This document shows, one piece after another, positions 11,576 through 23,770 of a DNA stretch of 64,000 nt. This stretch comes from Fistulifera solaris (Eukaryota): assembly GCA_030295235.1 (NCBI GenBank), contig AP026138.1, forward strand, positions 1 through 64,000, read 5' to 3'. Made by a program: the position numbers and the translations under genes. The notes below the pieces were generated by a model that worked only from the letters and a program-made list of their open reading frames with translations, was not told where the DNA came from and made no database searches. Each line of letters opens with the position of its first letter. The first letter of the stretch is position 1.

Positions 11576-13319
11576 ATGAGCTTCCTTCGATTTTGCTCTG
11601 TTGCTCTTCTCATCCTGCTAAAAAGCAGCGTACTGAAAGCACTCGAAGTGATAGAAGTGCCGGCTGCCAATATGACGAAAAGTGACGGCACAAGTGTCGT
11701 CTTTACGACGGAACGCTTCGAAAGCTACGCTTTCATACGCACGGGTGATGAAATCCGATTCAGCATTACTACCAACACGAGTGGTATTTTTACTTTACAC
11801 GCCAGTATATCAAATCCTTCCGATTTAGGAGCCTTTGCGATTACGAATAGCGAAACGTCCCAGATTTACGGATCGGCCGTCAGTTTGCCCGTTTCGCAAA
11901 GCTGGGATGAATGGAATACCATTACAGTTGACAATATTCGTCTTACAGAAGGAACACATCCGCTGGAGTTGACAGTCATTGAAGGTGGCTGGAAAATACA
12001 GTACCTTTATCTCGTTCAAATGGAAGAGGTCACTGTCATCGGCCCTCACCACTACATGATTCCTGGAGTTGACCTGATGGACTTTTTTCGGTATCGAGTA
12101 TTATCCGTACGAGAAGATTGTAGCGAAGATTGAGCGAGGGGATTGGTTTGCTTACAATTTACCCATCAAGACCGCCGGTAATTACACCTTGCATTTTTGG
12201 GTCGCCAGTCCAGAGGGAGGTGGGAGCTTTCGCGTTTTGAATGGCGCCACCAAGAAACCATACGCCAGCATTCGAACATTACCCATGACGGGCGACTGGC
12301 TGGATTGGGCGATTGTCGATGTTCCGGATATACAACTCAATGCAGGAAATGTTCCCATCAATATATCGGTGACCAGCGACGGGTGGAATTTCTGCATGCT
12401 GTCGTACGAGTTATACGACCCAGCTCACGATCCCTTGAATACGGAAACCAACTGCGGCAAAAATCTTACAACTACGGATTTGGCGGTGGGAGATTCGATG
12501 ACGTTTGCAGCCGAGACAATCTGCGACAATGAAGGCATTTCCTTCGAGACGAGTTCCGAAGGTGGCCTTAATATTGGCTGGTTGGACGAAGGCAACTGGG
12601 TTGCTTACGATGTGAACCTTGCGAATGCGGGGATCTACGATGTGGGCGTTCGATATTCTTCGGTTGATGGCGACGGCGGGTTCATGCTATCGAATTTACT
12701 CACTGGTACAGTCTATCACGTGCAGCAAGAGCTCGAAACAACGGGAGATTGGCAGGCCTGGAGTACCCTTCAAAATGCTACAGTGTCGTTACCGAGTGGC
12801 GTAACTGTTATACAATTGAAATCACTCGGAGGTGGCTGGAACCTGCAATCCATTCAGCTGACGCGAAGGGGAGCAGGAACTCCAGTGTCGCCTCCAGTCG
12901 CTCCACCGGTGCTACGGCCGGTAGAGTCACCAGTTCAGGCTCCGTTAACTCTTGGTCAGGTACCAGTACCAGGTCTATCCCCTGTTGGTATCGCACCTGT
13001 GCAGAGTCCGCTTGTTCCCGTACCGGGCATGCCGGTACTAGCTCCAGTTCCGGTGCAAATTCCGGTAAGACCAATTGGTCAAGTCATGCCAATACCGTCT
13101 CCAGTGCAAGCACCGTTTCCAGCGAGACCCTTGAGTCCACTACCCATTTTAACTACACAAACTGAGGGTGCCCCTGTACAATCCCCAGTGCCTCTTTTGC
13201 CAGTGCAGGCGTCCATTCCTATACCAGCTCAATCAAAGCCTACAAATCTGTCTCCACTTCCACTGCAACCCGTTTCGGTACCCGCTCGAGCACCATTTAT
13301 GTCCCCTACTCTGCTGTAA
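11576..13319 (+). CDS. Secreted protein with ~3 CBM6-like carbohydrate-binding modules and a Pro-rich tail
   Basis: Signal-like N-terminus; repeated 'TGDW..W.T' and 'GGWN' motifs; NIGWLDEGNWVAYDVN..AGIYDVGVRYSS typical of CBM6; PVQSP/PVQAP repeats; frame break at ~12090-12190. Confidence 0.8.
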
Positions 13320-13437
13320 TGGAAACCCGGAACTGATTGGTACTTTGCGTAGTCTTCGCTCAGCATCTACATTGTGCAAGCCTCAACGTTGCATACATCA
13401 TAACAGTAATTTAGAGCAAAATATAACAATTAATATC

Positions 13438-14677
13438 TCAATTTTCATCCGTGAACATCTTCACAATCCGTTGCAATCCGTTTTTGTATTTCCAAAGTCC
13501 CATGATTTGTTCCGAAGATATTATGTCATGCACTTGTTCATGACGAATTACATCATAAGTTGTTCCGAATGCAGCGTAAAAGGGCATGGTGTAGAATGTG
13601 GACACGCCTCCCGCGAAACTTTGATTTGCCATGATGAGTCGAGTGAATGCGAGCGCGACGCTTTCATCGGGAGAATTTCGTAGTTCAACTCGAGCTTTAG
13701 GAAATTTCTTTTTCAAGTAAGTTTGCAAGGCATTGACCAAGCGAGGACACCGACGCTTATTCGACCGGTCGACCTTGCGAGTCTGGCCACTGAAAGGCTG
13801 CGTGATAATACCGATGGACCGCGCTTCTGTAGTTATAATTTGGATGAAAGCGCCGTTCTATGATATCGCCACAACGGAAATGGATTGCTACGTCATCCAT
13901 CTCGGTATTCGGAAAAAGAGGCGAAGCATCCATTGGTATCTGCAATAGCTCTTCTCGCAACTCATCCTTCACAAAGTGCGCAGCCGGGTGACCCCCATAA
14001 GGAACTCCGACCAAACTCAAAGCCATGCGACGAAGTTCATACTTGATATCACCCATAATGATTGGTGCATTATCCGGTTGAAATTTCTCACAGGCATCCG
14101 CAATCACAGACACTTGCGTAGAATCAGCTGATGAGTTACTGGACGTAAAGGTTCCCATTAGCCACGGCAAGACCAAGCTGCTCCTTGTTTCTAGTGCATC
14201 TCCACACTCCATTTTCACTTCGACATTTCCGACTAAGCGCGCAACAATCCGAATATTGTAAAACGTACGGAGTACGTTTCCTGTACCAAACTTTTTCGAT
14301 TCGAACAAGTGAGCGCAATTCATTCGAAAAGAAGTGCGAACGGCGACATCGGGTGTCGAAGGAAGCTCATTGCTCGACTTATTTTCCAGCTTGGCTAAAT
14401 CGGAGCAAAGAACGTTGTGGTGCAGTATCATTGACTGATGAATAGCCGGTGTAATATCTTTCGGCGTGTGGTCGATAACAACAGCGGCAGCTTCTACATT
14501 GTTGAGTTCTTGCGAACCATCCTTAGCACGAGTCAGTGATGTGTAAAAGTCGGTGAAAGACAAAAGAGTTTGCAACAGAAGAATCCCCAAAACGCACACC
14601 AGAATTCGAATTACCCCAATAGTTCCTCGATATCGCTGTAGCTTCGGAACATCGGTAGAAGGAACTAAGCCGTTCAT
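13438..14677 (-). CDS. Putative Golgi type II glycosyltransferase (GT11/alpha-1,2-fucosyltransferase-like)
   Basis: N-terminal TM anchor; FGTGN, DDVAIHFRCGDI (HxRxGD) and 'AFTRLIMANQSFAGGVSTF' motifs; frameshift at ~13800 joins ORFs 13757..14692 and 13438..13740. Confidence 0.6.
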
Positions 14678-14982
14678 CCTTGCTTTCCTCAAAGGTTCAT
14701 TAATGAGCGATGGATGCTATTAGGTCTACTTGAAAGGTTGAGAACGATGATGAATGATGAGCGTGAGAGTGAGAACCATTGCCTCAATAAAATAAATTGT
14801 CGTCGTTTTCATTGCCGCTGCCGCAGGAGTGATACACAAAAAACATAAAGCGACGACGTCCACGATACAAGATTCCGCGAAACTGCAACTCTTGTACAAT
14901 CTGTCCCAGACAGGGACCAGGGACATGTGCATAAATGAAAGAGAGTGCCACGTCTCGACGTGCCGTGTCACAACGAGCTAAA

Positions 14983-16595
14983 TCATCGATTCGTCGCTTT
15001 AGCTTCTTTTACTCTCTCTTTTTGCTGCAAGGCTAGCAACCGCGCAATACCGGCATAAGGTTCACATATCCGTGAACGACACGGCACAAACCCTCGCGAA
15101 AACCAGTCAGGATAATCGATTCCAAGGTCCATCAGTCGAAACGCATACACCTCTTCTTGATCCATCAAATATATAGCGAGTTCCTCAAATCCTTGCATTC
15201 CCGCAATATCGGACGGTAAACAGCCATCTTCATCCGGTCCTATCAGACGCCACTCAGATTCATGGAACATGACAAAGTTCACAAACCAAACACAAACATC
15301 GCGATTCCCCCGTTGCGCCGCCTTGTGCAATACGCCATGCTGTGCATAATTGACCACGTTCAAAGGACACTTCAAGTCTTGCAACAGACGAAACATACCA
15401 ACACCGGCAGCACCTTGTGCGGCCCACAACGCTGCATTACATCCGTACGAATTGGAATGCTGTACCAGTCTTTTAAATCATCGGTCGATTGAATCAACAA
15501 CTGGAGAATGTCCACGTGTCCTTGCCAAGCGGTCCAGTGAAATGCAGTAGTCCCGTCCTCCGTCTCTGCATATATATCGGCTCCTTGTTGCAGCAAATAC
15601 TGAACGAGCTCCATGTGACCGTTGCGCGCCGCCCAATGCAACGCCGTTCGACCCGCAAACGATCTCCTTCCGTGTTGTGCTTGCTGGACGCAACACTTAA
15701 TTTCTTCGACTAAATAACGAACCATTTCCAATTGCCCACTTCCGGCGGCCCACATGAGAATTGTGGCGCCATTCCGATCTCTCGCAGATTCGGGATGAAA
15801 TTGCGGATTGTTGATCAAATAGTGTTGCAGTTTGTGTAAATTTCCTTCTTTTGCGTACTCCCACGGATATTCGGATTGCTCGTTCAGCTTGATCTTTTTA
15901 TTCGTAGTCTTGCTATCGCTAGTAGTGTTGTTGATTGCAAAGAAAAGATGATTGAGAGGCGTTCTATTTTCCTGATAAACGACGAGAGCGAGTTCATTCT
16001 CCAGCGATGATTGCTGCAATGTGATATGAAAGTCTTGTTGATGCTGTTGCAAACAGTGCCAACGCAATCCTTTGACACCTTTCAGCCACTCGGCACATTC
16101 TGGACACGGTAACCAACCGTCACTTTCCAGTTGCAAGGCACGTTCGGGAGTTGTAATGCAGACAAAGCCGTGTTCGATACGCACAATCGGTTTCGTTTCA
16201 GAAGTAGCACGAAAGAAATCAAATGTACACGTTTCCAGTGACGGTAATAGCTCTTGGGCTGATTGTTGGGCCGAGTCAAACGTTCGCGAAACATTCCAAG
16301 GCGATACAGCCGTCCATTTCTTCGTTTTGTGATGACGAAATCGTTTTATGAGAGCCGGAAGCGTACGGATTACAACGTCGTAGTGCTTGTTGTAGACGAT
16401 AGAGACGGTCTTGTGACACATTTGAAGAAGTGTGTCTCTCCACTGCATGGTTGCTTCATCATTCGCGCTCGTAACATCGCTACACGTGTCGTCGCTTTCT
16501 TGTTCGACGGCGACTCCACCCGCAATTTGAAGTAGGACTGGGTAAACGACTTGTTCCGCTATTAAAGCACCCAAATCGTTACTTGTATTGGACAT
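14983..16595 (-). CDS. Ankyrin-repeat protein with a C2H2-like zinc finger
   Basis: GATILMWAAGSG, GRTALHWAARNGH, GTTAFHWTAWQGH and LHKAAQRG ankyrin repeats; CPEC...LRWHCLQQH; frameshift at ~15450-15470. Confidence 0.85.
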
Positions 16596-16729
16596 TGCGT
16601 ATTCTAAATATGAAGTAACATGGTGGAGTGCAGATTGTAGCTTTAGGAAATAAATCAATACGGAGTACCAGTACTTAATAGCGAGTTTATACCAACCAAC
16701 CGATGTGGACGATAAACGCAGCGAGAGTT

Positions 16730-16990
16730 TCTGTTCAGATTTTCTGTGAACTTGAAACCATCACTTGCCCAGATTATCCGGATTTTCCGAGTACATGAAA
16801 ACATCATTAACCCAGAATTTCTGGTAATTGTATTTCCAGATTTTTGTGTACTCGAAAACATCACATAGACCCAGATTATCCGGGCATGAGAAAATACACG
16901 TAAAGCAGATTTTCTGAGTACCTGAAAACACCAAACACCCCAATATGTTTGTGCAAGTGAAAAAAACTATAAACCCCCAGAATTCTCTCG
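16730..16990. repeat. Degenerate array of CCAGA-WTT-TCTGG-like palindromes (array 1)
   Basis: CAGATTTTCTG, CCAGATTATCCGG (x2), CCAGAATTTCTGG and CCAGATTTTTG units interleaved with GAAAACATCA. Confidence 0.7.
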
Positions 16991-17050
16991 AGTAGACCCA
17001 AAGTTAGTAGACGTCAGTTATACGTAATCAAGCCACCTTTATTCAGCTTT

Positions 17051-17080
17051 AAAAAAGGAATTTCCACGTCGGGAATCGAA
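17051..17080 (-). pseudogene. Orphan tRNA-like 3' fragment (T-loop plus acceptor 3' strand, Glu-like) followed by an oligo-T run
   Basis: Minus strand reads TTCGATTCCCGACGTGGAAA-TTCC-TTTTTT; no 5' portion of a tRNA adjacent. Confidence 0.4.
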
Positions 17081-17247
17081 AGAATAGGGAAACTTAATGA
17101 GTCCCGCTTGATAGAAACCAGTATAAACCGGCCAAACCTCGTCGTCACGCTTCCTGCTTGAACACCAAATACTAATCATCAATCATCAATCATTATCAAT
17201 GTCAAAGTATTTGGCAATACACCCGACGATGAGAGCGTAATACGACG

Positions 17248-17751
17248 ATGCAACTCGACAATTTTCGCGTAGTCCCTGTTCTGGCTCTAATCGTGACAGT
17301 GGCGATATTGTTTCATTCAACGACCACGGACATCAAACTCAATCTGTTTGATTGACAATCCACAAGTCCAAGGACTCAGTTTCTATGCTTTGGCGACGAA
17401 ACCACTGACGTTGTTCAATTGAGATCTGGGTTGCCCGATGGCCCCAACGTTTTGATGCCCAACGACAACGACCGTTATTCCTTCCGTGTGTTGTTTGTTC
17501 TCAATCGTGCCACATGTGTAACAGAGGGCGTTGAGAAAACCTACATGGGTCACGTGAACATGTACGTTTGTTCCGACCCCGATCCTCAACTGTGCTTGAT
17601 AAACCCGGAGTATTCTTCCGTGAGTGGCACCAATGAGGAGGAGGTACAAACGGTGAATGGTCCGAATGTGTGGTACGTGATGGTGAAAGCAGTCGGGGGC
17701 GCGGCTTCCTGTACGATTCGATGTAATGAAAAGCGAGCGTTCTTTGACTGA
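17248..17751 (+). pseudogene. Secreted PPC-like domain paralogue 1 with an in-frame TGA
   Basis: MQLDNFRVVPVLALIVTVAILF..NLFD*QSTSPRTQFLCFG..RYSF..WYVMVKA..IRCNE; single frame throughout, TGA at 17353-17355. Confidence 0.7.
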
Positions 17752-18377
17752 AAAATCCTTCCGCGTCGTTTCGTTACACTGTCTTTTCCGATATATTCCA
17801 TCAATTTTCCAACGTGTTGTCTTGGTAATACATTCACATCTTCTGTATCTATGTATCGTAAGAACTTGATTTTCGCATCCTGCGAAGCAATTATTTGACG
17901 ACGATTAGTCGGGACGCGGTGTCGCTTTATTTGCTAGTGGGCGCGATCGGCAGTTACGGCAAGTTAGTTAAAGCACATTTTTATAAGCTACGGTACCATT
18001 GAACCATTTAAATTCAACAATCTAGTAAAAATTTAAGTGAAATTGATTGATCCTTGATTGTCTCTTCTATGTTCTATGCAATTGACATTGAGCGAAACAG
18101 TCCGAACGCCAAGCAGGAGCCAGCAAAAATGCCACGTATGCATTAGCGGTAAGGTTTCTGTCTATCATCAGAAAAGGCTTTTTGTTCTGTACTCACTCGT
18201 TGATGCTATAGTCGCTGGATGAGCCTTCAACGTGGCTTACGTCATCCTTACAAAGTTTGCTACGTCACATTGACGAGGATTGTGATGAAGACAAGTTCCG
18301 TTTACGTCGCTATGCTTTCTCATTTCTTTCTTGCAATCTGTTTTTCATTCAAGCAAGAAGATTGTATTCTTTTCATC

Positions 18378-19818
18378 ATGCGAATTTCTTTGGCTTCTTT
18401 GTATTCCGTCCTCGTGTTGTTGCCGGCATGCATTGCGGCAAGTCCTCCGCAAGTTGCGGTCGCTTCGCCGGCAACTTCGACGACGACGATGACACCTCCG
18501 AAGAATTCTCCTTTGCAGAGAGATCAGGCGGTCGTCCCTCCTATCGGTACTACAGTCTCGTCGACCGAAAACACTCCCACTACGTATGCTTTCATGAAAC
18601 GTCCTTCTGCGGATTCTGGAATGCGTTACAGCAGTAACGACTGGTTCATTACGTTGCTTGCGACACCGACTTCGTACATTTTGCGTCGCATCGGAAGTCA
18701 CTTTCTCTTCAATTTGATGATCAGTATTGCCGTCGCGTACGCTTCAATTCGTTATCCGGATATCAATCTATCGATTCCCATGGTCGGACATAATCTCTTG
18801 GGTTCGTCGCTCGGTCTGCTGTTGTCATATCGCACGAACTCGGCGTATTCACGCTTTTGGGAGGCACGCGGATACTGGACGCAATGCAAATCGACTTGCC
18901 GCAACTTGGCTACCATGATGCAATCCTATATTTCGCATCATTCCCCAAAGTCTGCAGAAAAGTTCTTGGTCTATTTGGCTGCATATCCGCTCGCTCTTAT
19001 GGTACGACAAAACATTTGAGTGTATATTAATGAAGTCCGTTCACTTACTCACTTTTCATCTCAGCACCTCTGCCTTGGTGGCCACGCCATGCTATCGGAA
19101 CAAGTGCAAAAACTCATTCCACAGCCTGCGTATCCTGAACAATTCTACGACAGTCCTTCCTTGCCGGCAATCTTATTAGGCCGTGAATTGCACAACTTGT
19201 TGCGTCAGGCGGCCGACGAATCGCCCACCAGTCAACGACACTTGGTGGAAGCCAAGCACTTGTGTGAATGCAGTCACATGGTGGATAGTTTGATCAGTAG
19301 TATGTCGAGCTGTGAAAAGATCTTGCGTACGCCGGTGCCCTGGACGTATTCGCGACACACGTCGCGTTTCCTGACGCTTTGGATGGGCACTCTCCCCTTT
19401 GCTCTCGTCGGTACGGTCAAGCCTTTCATGATTGTAGCGGTGGTAGCCGCGACGTCCTTTGCATGTTCGGAATTGAAGGTAAGTACATAGACGTCGGGGA
19501 AGAATCACGTTAATTGGCGTTAACCAAATACCGGGACGACTTTTCTAACTTCTACGACTTTTTTGTTCATGGCGCGCAATCCAATATCCACGGCAAACAG
19601 AGCTAGGACACCTTATTGAGCAGCCCTTCCTCGGGGACCCGCTGGGCAGCGATGATATGTTTGTGGCGGGACGAATGGAAAATGGTAAATTGACGGACTT
19701 GATGGAGCGCGGTCAGAAGACGCGTCCGTACGATATTGGTATCCCGGTCTGTTCTCTGGCGGTACAAATACGCAAAGAAGTGCAGTTGATTGCTTCCATT
19801 GGAGGTAAGAAGCATTAG
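18378..19818 (+). CDS. Bestrophin-like (UPF0187/VCCN-type) anion channel with signal/plastid-type presequence
   Basis: LLLSYRTNSAYSRFWEARGYW, CEKILRTPVPWTYSRHTSRF and ELGHLIEQPF motifs; introns at ~19002-19064 and ~19479-19600. Confidence 0.9.
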
Positions 19819-19975
19819 AAAGAAGAAGGCTTTAATCACAAAATTATTTGATGGCAACAGGTTGCTAGGAGCAATGCTTAGATTTGAGAACCGGTGTGAC
19901 TAGGATTTTTTATGGAAGTTATGCAACCCTAACCTTACTGGTACGGATATAGTTTCATTCTTTTCCATCAGTCAT

Positions 19976-20455
19976 TTAGCCGAGGGCGGGCAAGTTCTCG
20001 TCGCATCGGACTGAGAACGAAGTCGGCGCCAAGCCCGCCTTGACGATCACATACCAGGTTTGCGCTCCTACAATCGTAGCAACAGATTCGCTGGTACCAC
20101 TTTCGGTCGAGGAATCGTGTGGGTTTTCCATGCAGGCGTCGGCATCGGAGGTATCGCAAATGAACAAATCGACATCGCCGTTGTCGCCTCCTGTAGTGAC
20201 GCATTCGGCGATGTTCGTTTCCGTGGTCACGGTGAACGAATAGCGTCGGAAAAGGTTTGCGCCCAACACAGAAGTTCTGGTGGCTCGGCCGTCGTTCAGT
20301 TTCACGATATCAAAGTCTTCTCCCAAACACAAAAACTGGTTCCGGCGCCCACCAAACAAATTCATGTTGATGGCTGAGCTTTGGCCTAAAGAAAGGGCCA
20401 AAGTTGACAGCATCAAAGCAAAGAAAGTGGAACCACAAGTCTTGTTGAAAGTCAT
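19976..20455 (-). CDS. Secreted PPC-like domain paralogue 2 (intact, 159 aa)
   Basis: Signal peptide; NLFGGRRNQFLC, NLFRRYSF, GDVDLFIC and WYVIVKA motifs shared with three neighbouring paralogues. Confidence 0.85.
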   Translation of the reverse strand: MTFNKTCGSTFFALMLSTLALSLGQSSAINMNLFGGRRNQFLCLGEDFDIVKLNDGRATRTSVLGANLFRRYSFTVTTETNIAECVTTGGDNGDVDLFICDTSDADACMENPHDSSTESGTSESVATIVGAQTWYVIVKAGLAPTSFSVRCDENLPALG

Positions 20456-21253
20456 GGTCTCGGTTGAATGTTTTGGTAAAAGAATCGATGGCCTTTTTAT
20501 TGAGATTCAAAAGATCGACGAATTCTTCGGTCTCTGTCTCTGGTCTCCGATGCCGGCAAACGGCACGCATTTTTGTTTTCGGTGAAACTTACGTAAACGC
20601 CCAATGCGTTAGCTCGGTCATCGAGGATTGATGATTCGTTCTGTACAGACTACCCCTACCCGAGTTTCAGGATTCAGGATTCAGGATGCTTCATTTTTTT
20701 ACTCCGTATAAAATAAAAAAAAAACTCAACAGCATGCAGAACGCAGAACTTATCAATCTTCCCATAAAAGTTACTCCGTATGAGGGAGTCCGTATGACTT
20801 TTATTTTATTAAAATAAAAAGTTATGAGCTATGAGCTATGAGTTATGAGCTTATGAGGGAATCCGAATGACTTCAAAGTTTATTACGGAGTACAAGTACC
20901 GGAGTATTTTTTTTTCGTCACATGTCACAACGTCAATGTCAACGTTTTCAATCGTCAGACGTCCAGTCGTCAGTCGTCAGTCTTCATGATGGAGCAGGAG
21001 CGGATAGCAGTCACTACTTGTAGTCATTAATGTGGATACGGACCACGGAGCCAGGGGCATCGGCATGGCGCCTGGCCACATGGCCACCGAAGTGTGGCCC
21101 TAAGATGTTTCGTGGTTCATGATTCGAAATTAAAGAGTGTGCTGTAACAAATTGACGGCAAGCATCATGCTGTGTATGATACGAGAGCCATTTTAACTTA
21201 TATTTTCACGCAACTTGATTGTTTAAAATTAACCGTCATTACTCGTTAGTAAC

Positions 21254-21705
21254 TTAGATGAAAGGAACCTCGTCACATGTGATAGTGTATTCAGAGTATT
21301 CAGGCTGTGCTTTCACAATGATGTACCAAGTGCGTTCTCCGCCCGCAGTGGTAACGGATTCAGAGCTAGACTGACCGGTAACCGACGAATAGTTGGGGTT
21401 TTGCATACACTCTTCTGCTTCGGGATCGTCACAAACGAAGAGATCAATGTCACCCGTTCCAGTGGTCGTGCATTCGGCTTTATTAAAGTTGCTCTGAACG
21501 TAGAAGGAGTAACGACGGAAGAGGTTTGCGGCGAGAATGCCGGTCTTAGGCACACCGTCATTCAACTTGACAATGTCAGAGTTTTTCCGAAGCACAAGAA
21601 CTGGTTTTCACGTCCACCGAAGAGGTTCGTGTCGACGCCGTAACTCTGATCCATGGAGAGGGCAAAGAGAGTCGCCATGAGCGCAAAGATGTTGAAGGAG
21701 GGCAT
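21254..21705 (-). CDS. Secreted PPC-like domain paralogue 3 (frameshift at T run ~21582-21586)
   Basis: MPSFNIFALM..NLFGGRENQFLCFG continues in another frame as NSDIVKLNDG..NLFRRYSF..GDIDLFVC..WYIIVKA..CDE. Confidence 0.85.
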
Positions 21706-22663
21706 GATGAAAAGTTTGCTTTGGCGAAGATTTGATGAAGTTAATCGTTTTGACAAACCAGATGAATTATGAGAGAAGAATGGAGGAAATTAATTGCGAT
21801 GGATGCCGATGAACTCTGACACGATGACCGAAAAAGATGGCAAAAACGTAAAAAGTCCTTCACAAGTGGCACGAAGTCATTTTCGTGCGTGCGTTAGGCC
21901 CAGAGACAGTATAGGTAAATGTGTACGTCGATCAATTGGACGTAAATGCCAGCTATCTTCCTTGTAAGATTCATCATCTTTTCGAAGGCTAAAGATTTCT
22001 CGACACGGTTGATGCCTAAATAACTAAATAAATAGTCGTAAAGTCATCCTTGATATTGGACGTTTTTGGGGGGCGTGGTCGGTGGGCGTAATTTTATCTT
22101 CTCGTTTGGCATTGACACGTGGGAGCTGACAAGATCAAGAATCAAGAATGCATCAAGATCAGCGTGTTCTATACGCTCTACAATCTACAAGTGTATCCAA
22201 AATAACTTTATCATCACGGTTTGAGCTTTTCGTTGTATTTTTTATCCCGCTGAATGTACGTGATATCCGTGTCCAAAGTAGACTAAACTCACTGACTCAC
22301 GACTCCTCCTGATTCTGACTTATCACGGGTAAAGTCTGTACACTATTGTTTACTGTAATCGGCGAACGCTGCGTTAGCATTTATGTTCGACGATTATGAC
22401 TTCGTTTACATACTTTGTAGGTACCAGTACCGGTACATAAAATTTCTTATACTCCGTAGTCCTTACATGTGTGTCCAATGATGATGCAGAGAACGTCAGC
22501 GTTCACGACCGGGATTGTGTACATCAGACCCGGTTCGACGTGAACTTGATTTCTCATCTTCCTCGCTGATTATTTGAACGCATCACGCTGCACCATCACC
22601 ATGGCCCGCCGGCAAAAAAGCAAATGGGAGTGACTTCTCTGGTGCAATGATGAACACTCTGCC

Positions 22664-23146
22664 ATGGGACGCCCATCCTCTTTCGTTCCTCAAGGCGTGT
22701 TGAGTATCTCCACACGTGTAGCTTTACGAACGATCAAACAACGATATCGCAAAGACGTTTTTTCCGTCGAAACCAAGGGCCACGAGGTTCGCTTACTCCG
22801 TCAGTCGCGGCCGTTGACAACTAATTTCTTTCTCGACTTGCATTACATGCCAGAGGATTATCTCGTTGTTGGGATTTTGATGCCTCCCGAGGACGATGGG
22901 ACCTGTGAGGCACAAATTCTTCTCGATCCGTACGGAAGATCGTTCAACGAACCGCGTTACGTCACAGTTACTTCCTACAAAGGACGATCGACTGCCGCAT
23001 CACTTTCTCAACAGTTTCGACAGCGACGGGAGGAACAAATAAAGGAAGAAGAAACGAAACAGTACGGATATTCGAGAGTTTGGGACCGATTTGTCGATTG
23101 CGCATACTGTAGCCTCTGTTGTGGAGGAAGTCGATGGGTTGCTTGA
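22664..23146 (+). CDS. Hypothetical protein (160 aa, Cys-rich C-terminus)
   Basis: ATG-initiated ORF with protein-like composition; true start uncertain; no recognisable domain. Confidence 0.5.
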   Translation: MGRPSSFVPQGVLSISTRVALRTIKQRYRKDVFSVETKGHEVRLLRQSRPLTTNFFLDLHYMPEDYLVVGILMPPEDDGTCEAQILLDPYGRSFNEPRYVTVTSYKGRSTAASLSQQFRQRREEQIKEEETKQYGYSRVWDRFVDCAYCSLCCGGSRWVA

Positions 23147-23271
23147 GAAGAAAAAACTATCAATGGCTGGTCTTAATCAATGAACGATGAGACTGTAAAA
23201 AAGAATGAAGACTGCAGAGTTCGGAATAGCAATGATTTCTTTACATCTTATCGAGGCGGATCGTGAATCGC

Positions 23272-23770
23272 TCAAAAGAAGTCCTTTTCGTCGCAACGAA
23301 CGGTGTACGTGACGGCGTCCACGTTGGCCTTTACAATCACATACCACGTCCGAGCACCGATTCCCGTCGTTATTTCCTCTTCGCTATCCGGAGAGATGGA
23401 AGAAAAAGCTGGGATTGGCAAAGCAGTCTTCCGCATCGGGATTCTTGCAGAGATACAAGTCGACATCGCCATTTTGATCATCGCCGACGCCTACGGTGAT
23501 GCACCGAGCTCGATTGAAGTCACCACGCACGGTGAATGAATAACGTCGAAAGAGGTTAAAACCCAAAACGTTGGGACCGTTCGGTTCACCATTGTTCAGT
23601 TTGATAATGTCCGTCGTCCCTCCAAAGCACAGAAATTGCGTTCCGCGGCCGCCTTCAAACAAGTTTGCGTGAATGTTGCTCGATCTACCTAAAGTGAAGC
23701 AAAGCACCGCCATGCTGATGAGAATAGCAATCGATGTTGCGGCGGCTCGTGTCTTGGTCGATTCGGTCAT
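23272..23770 (-). CDS. Secreted PPC-like domain paralogue 4 (frameshift at ~23405-23413)
   Basis: Signal-like N-terminus; NLFEGGRGTQFLCFG, NLFRRYSF and GDVDLYLC, continuing as ..RTWYVIVKA..VRCDE in another frame. Confidence 0.85.
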
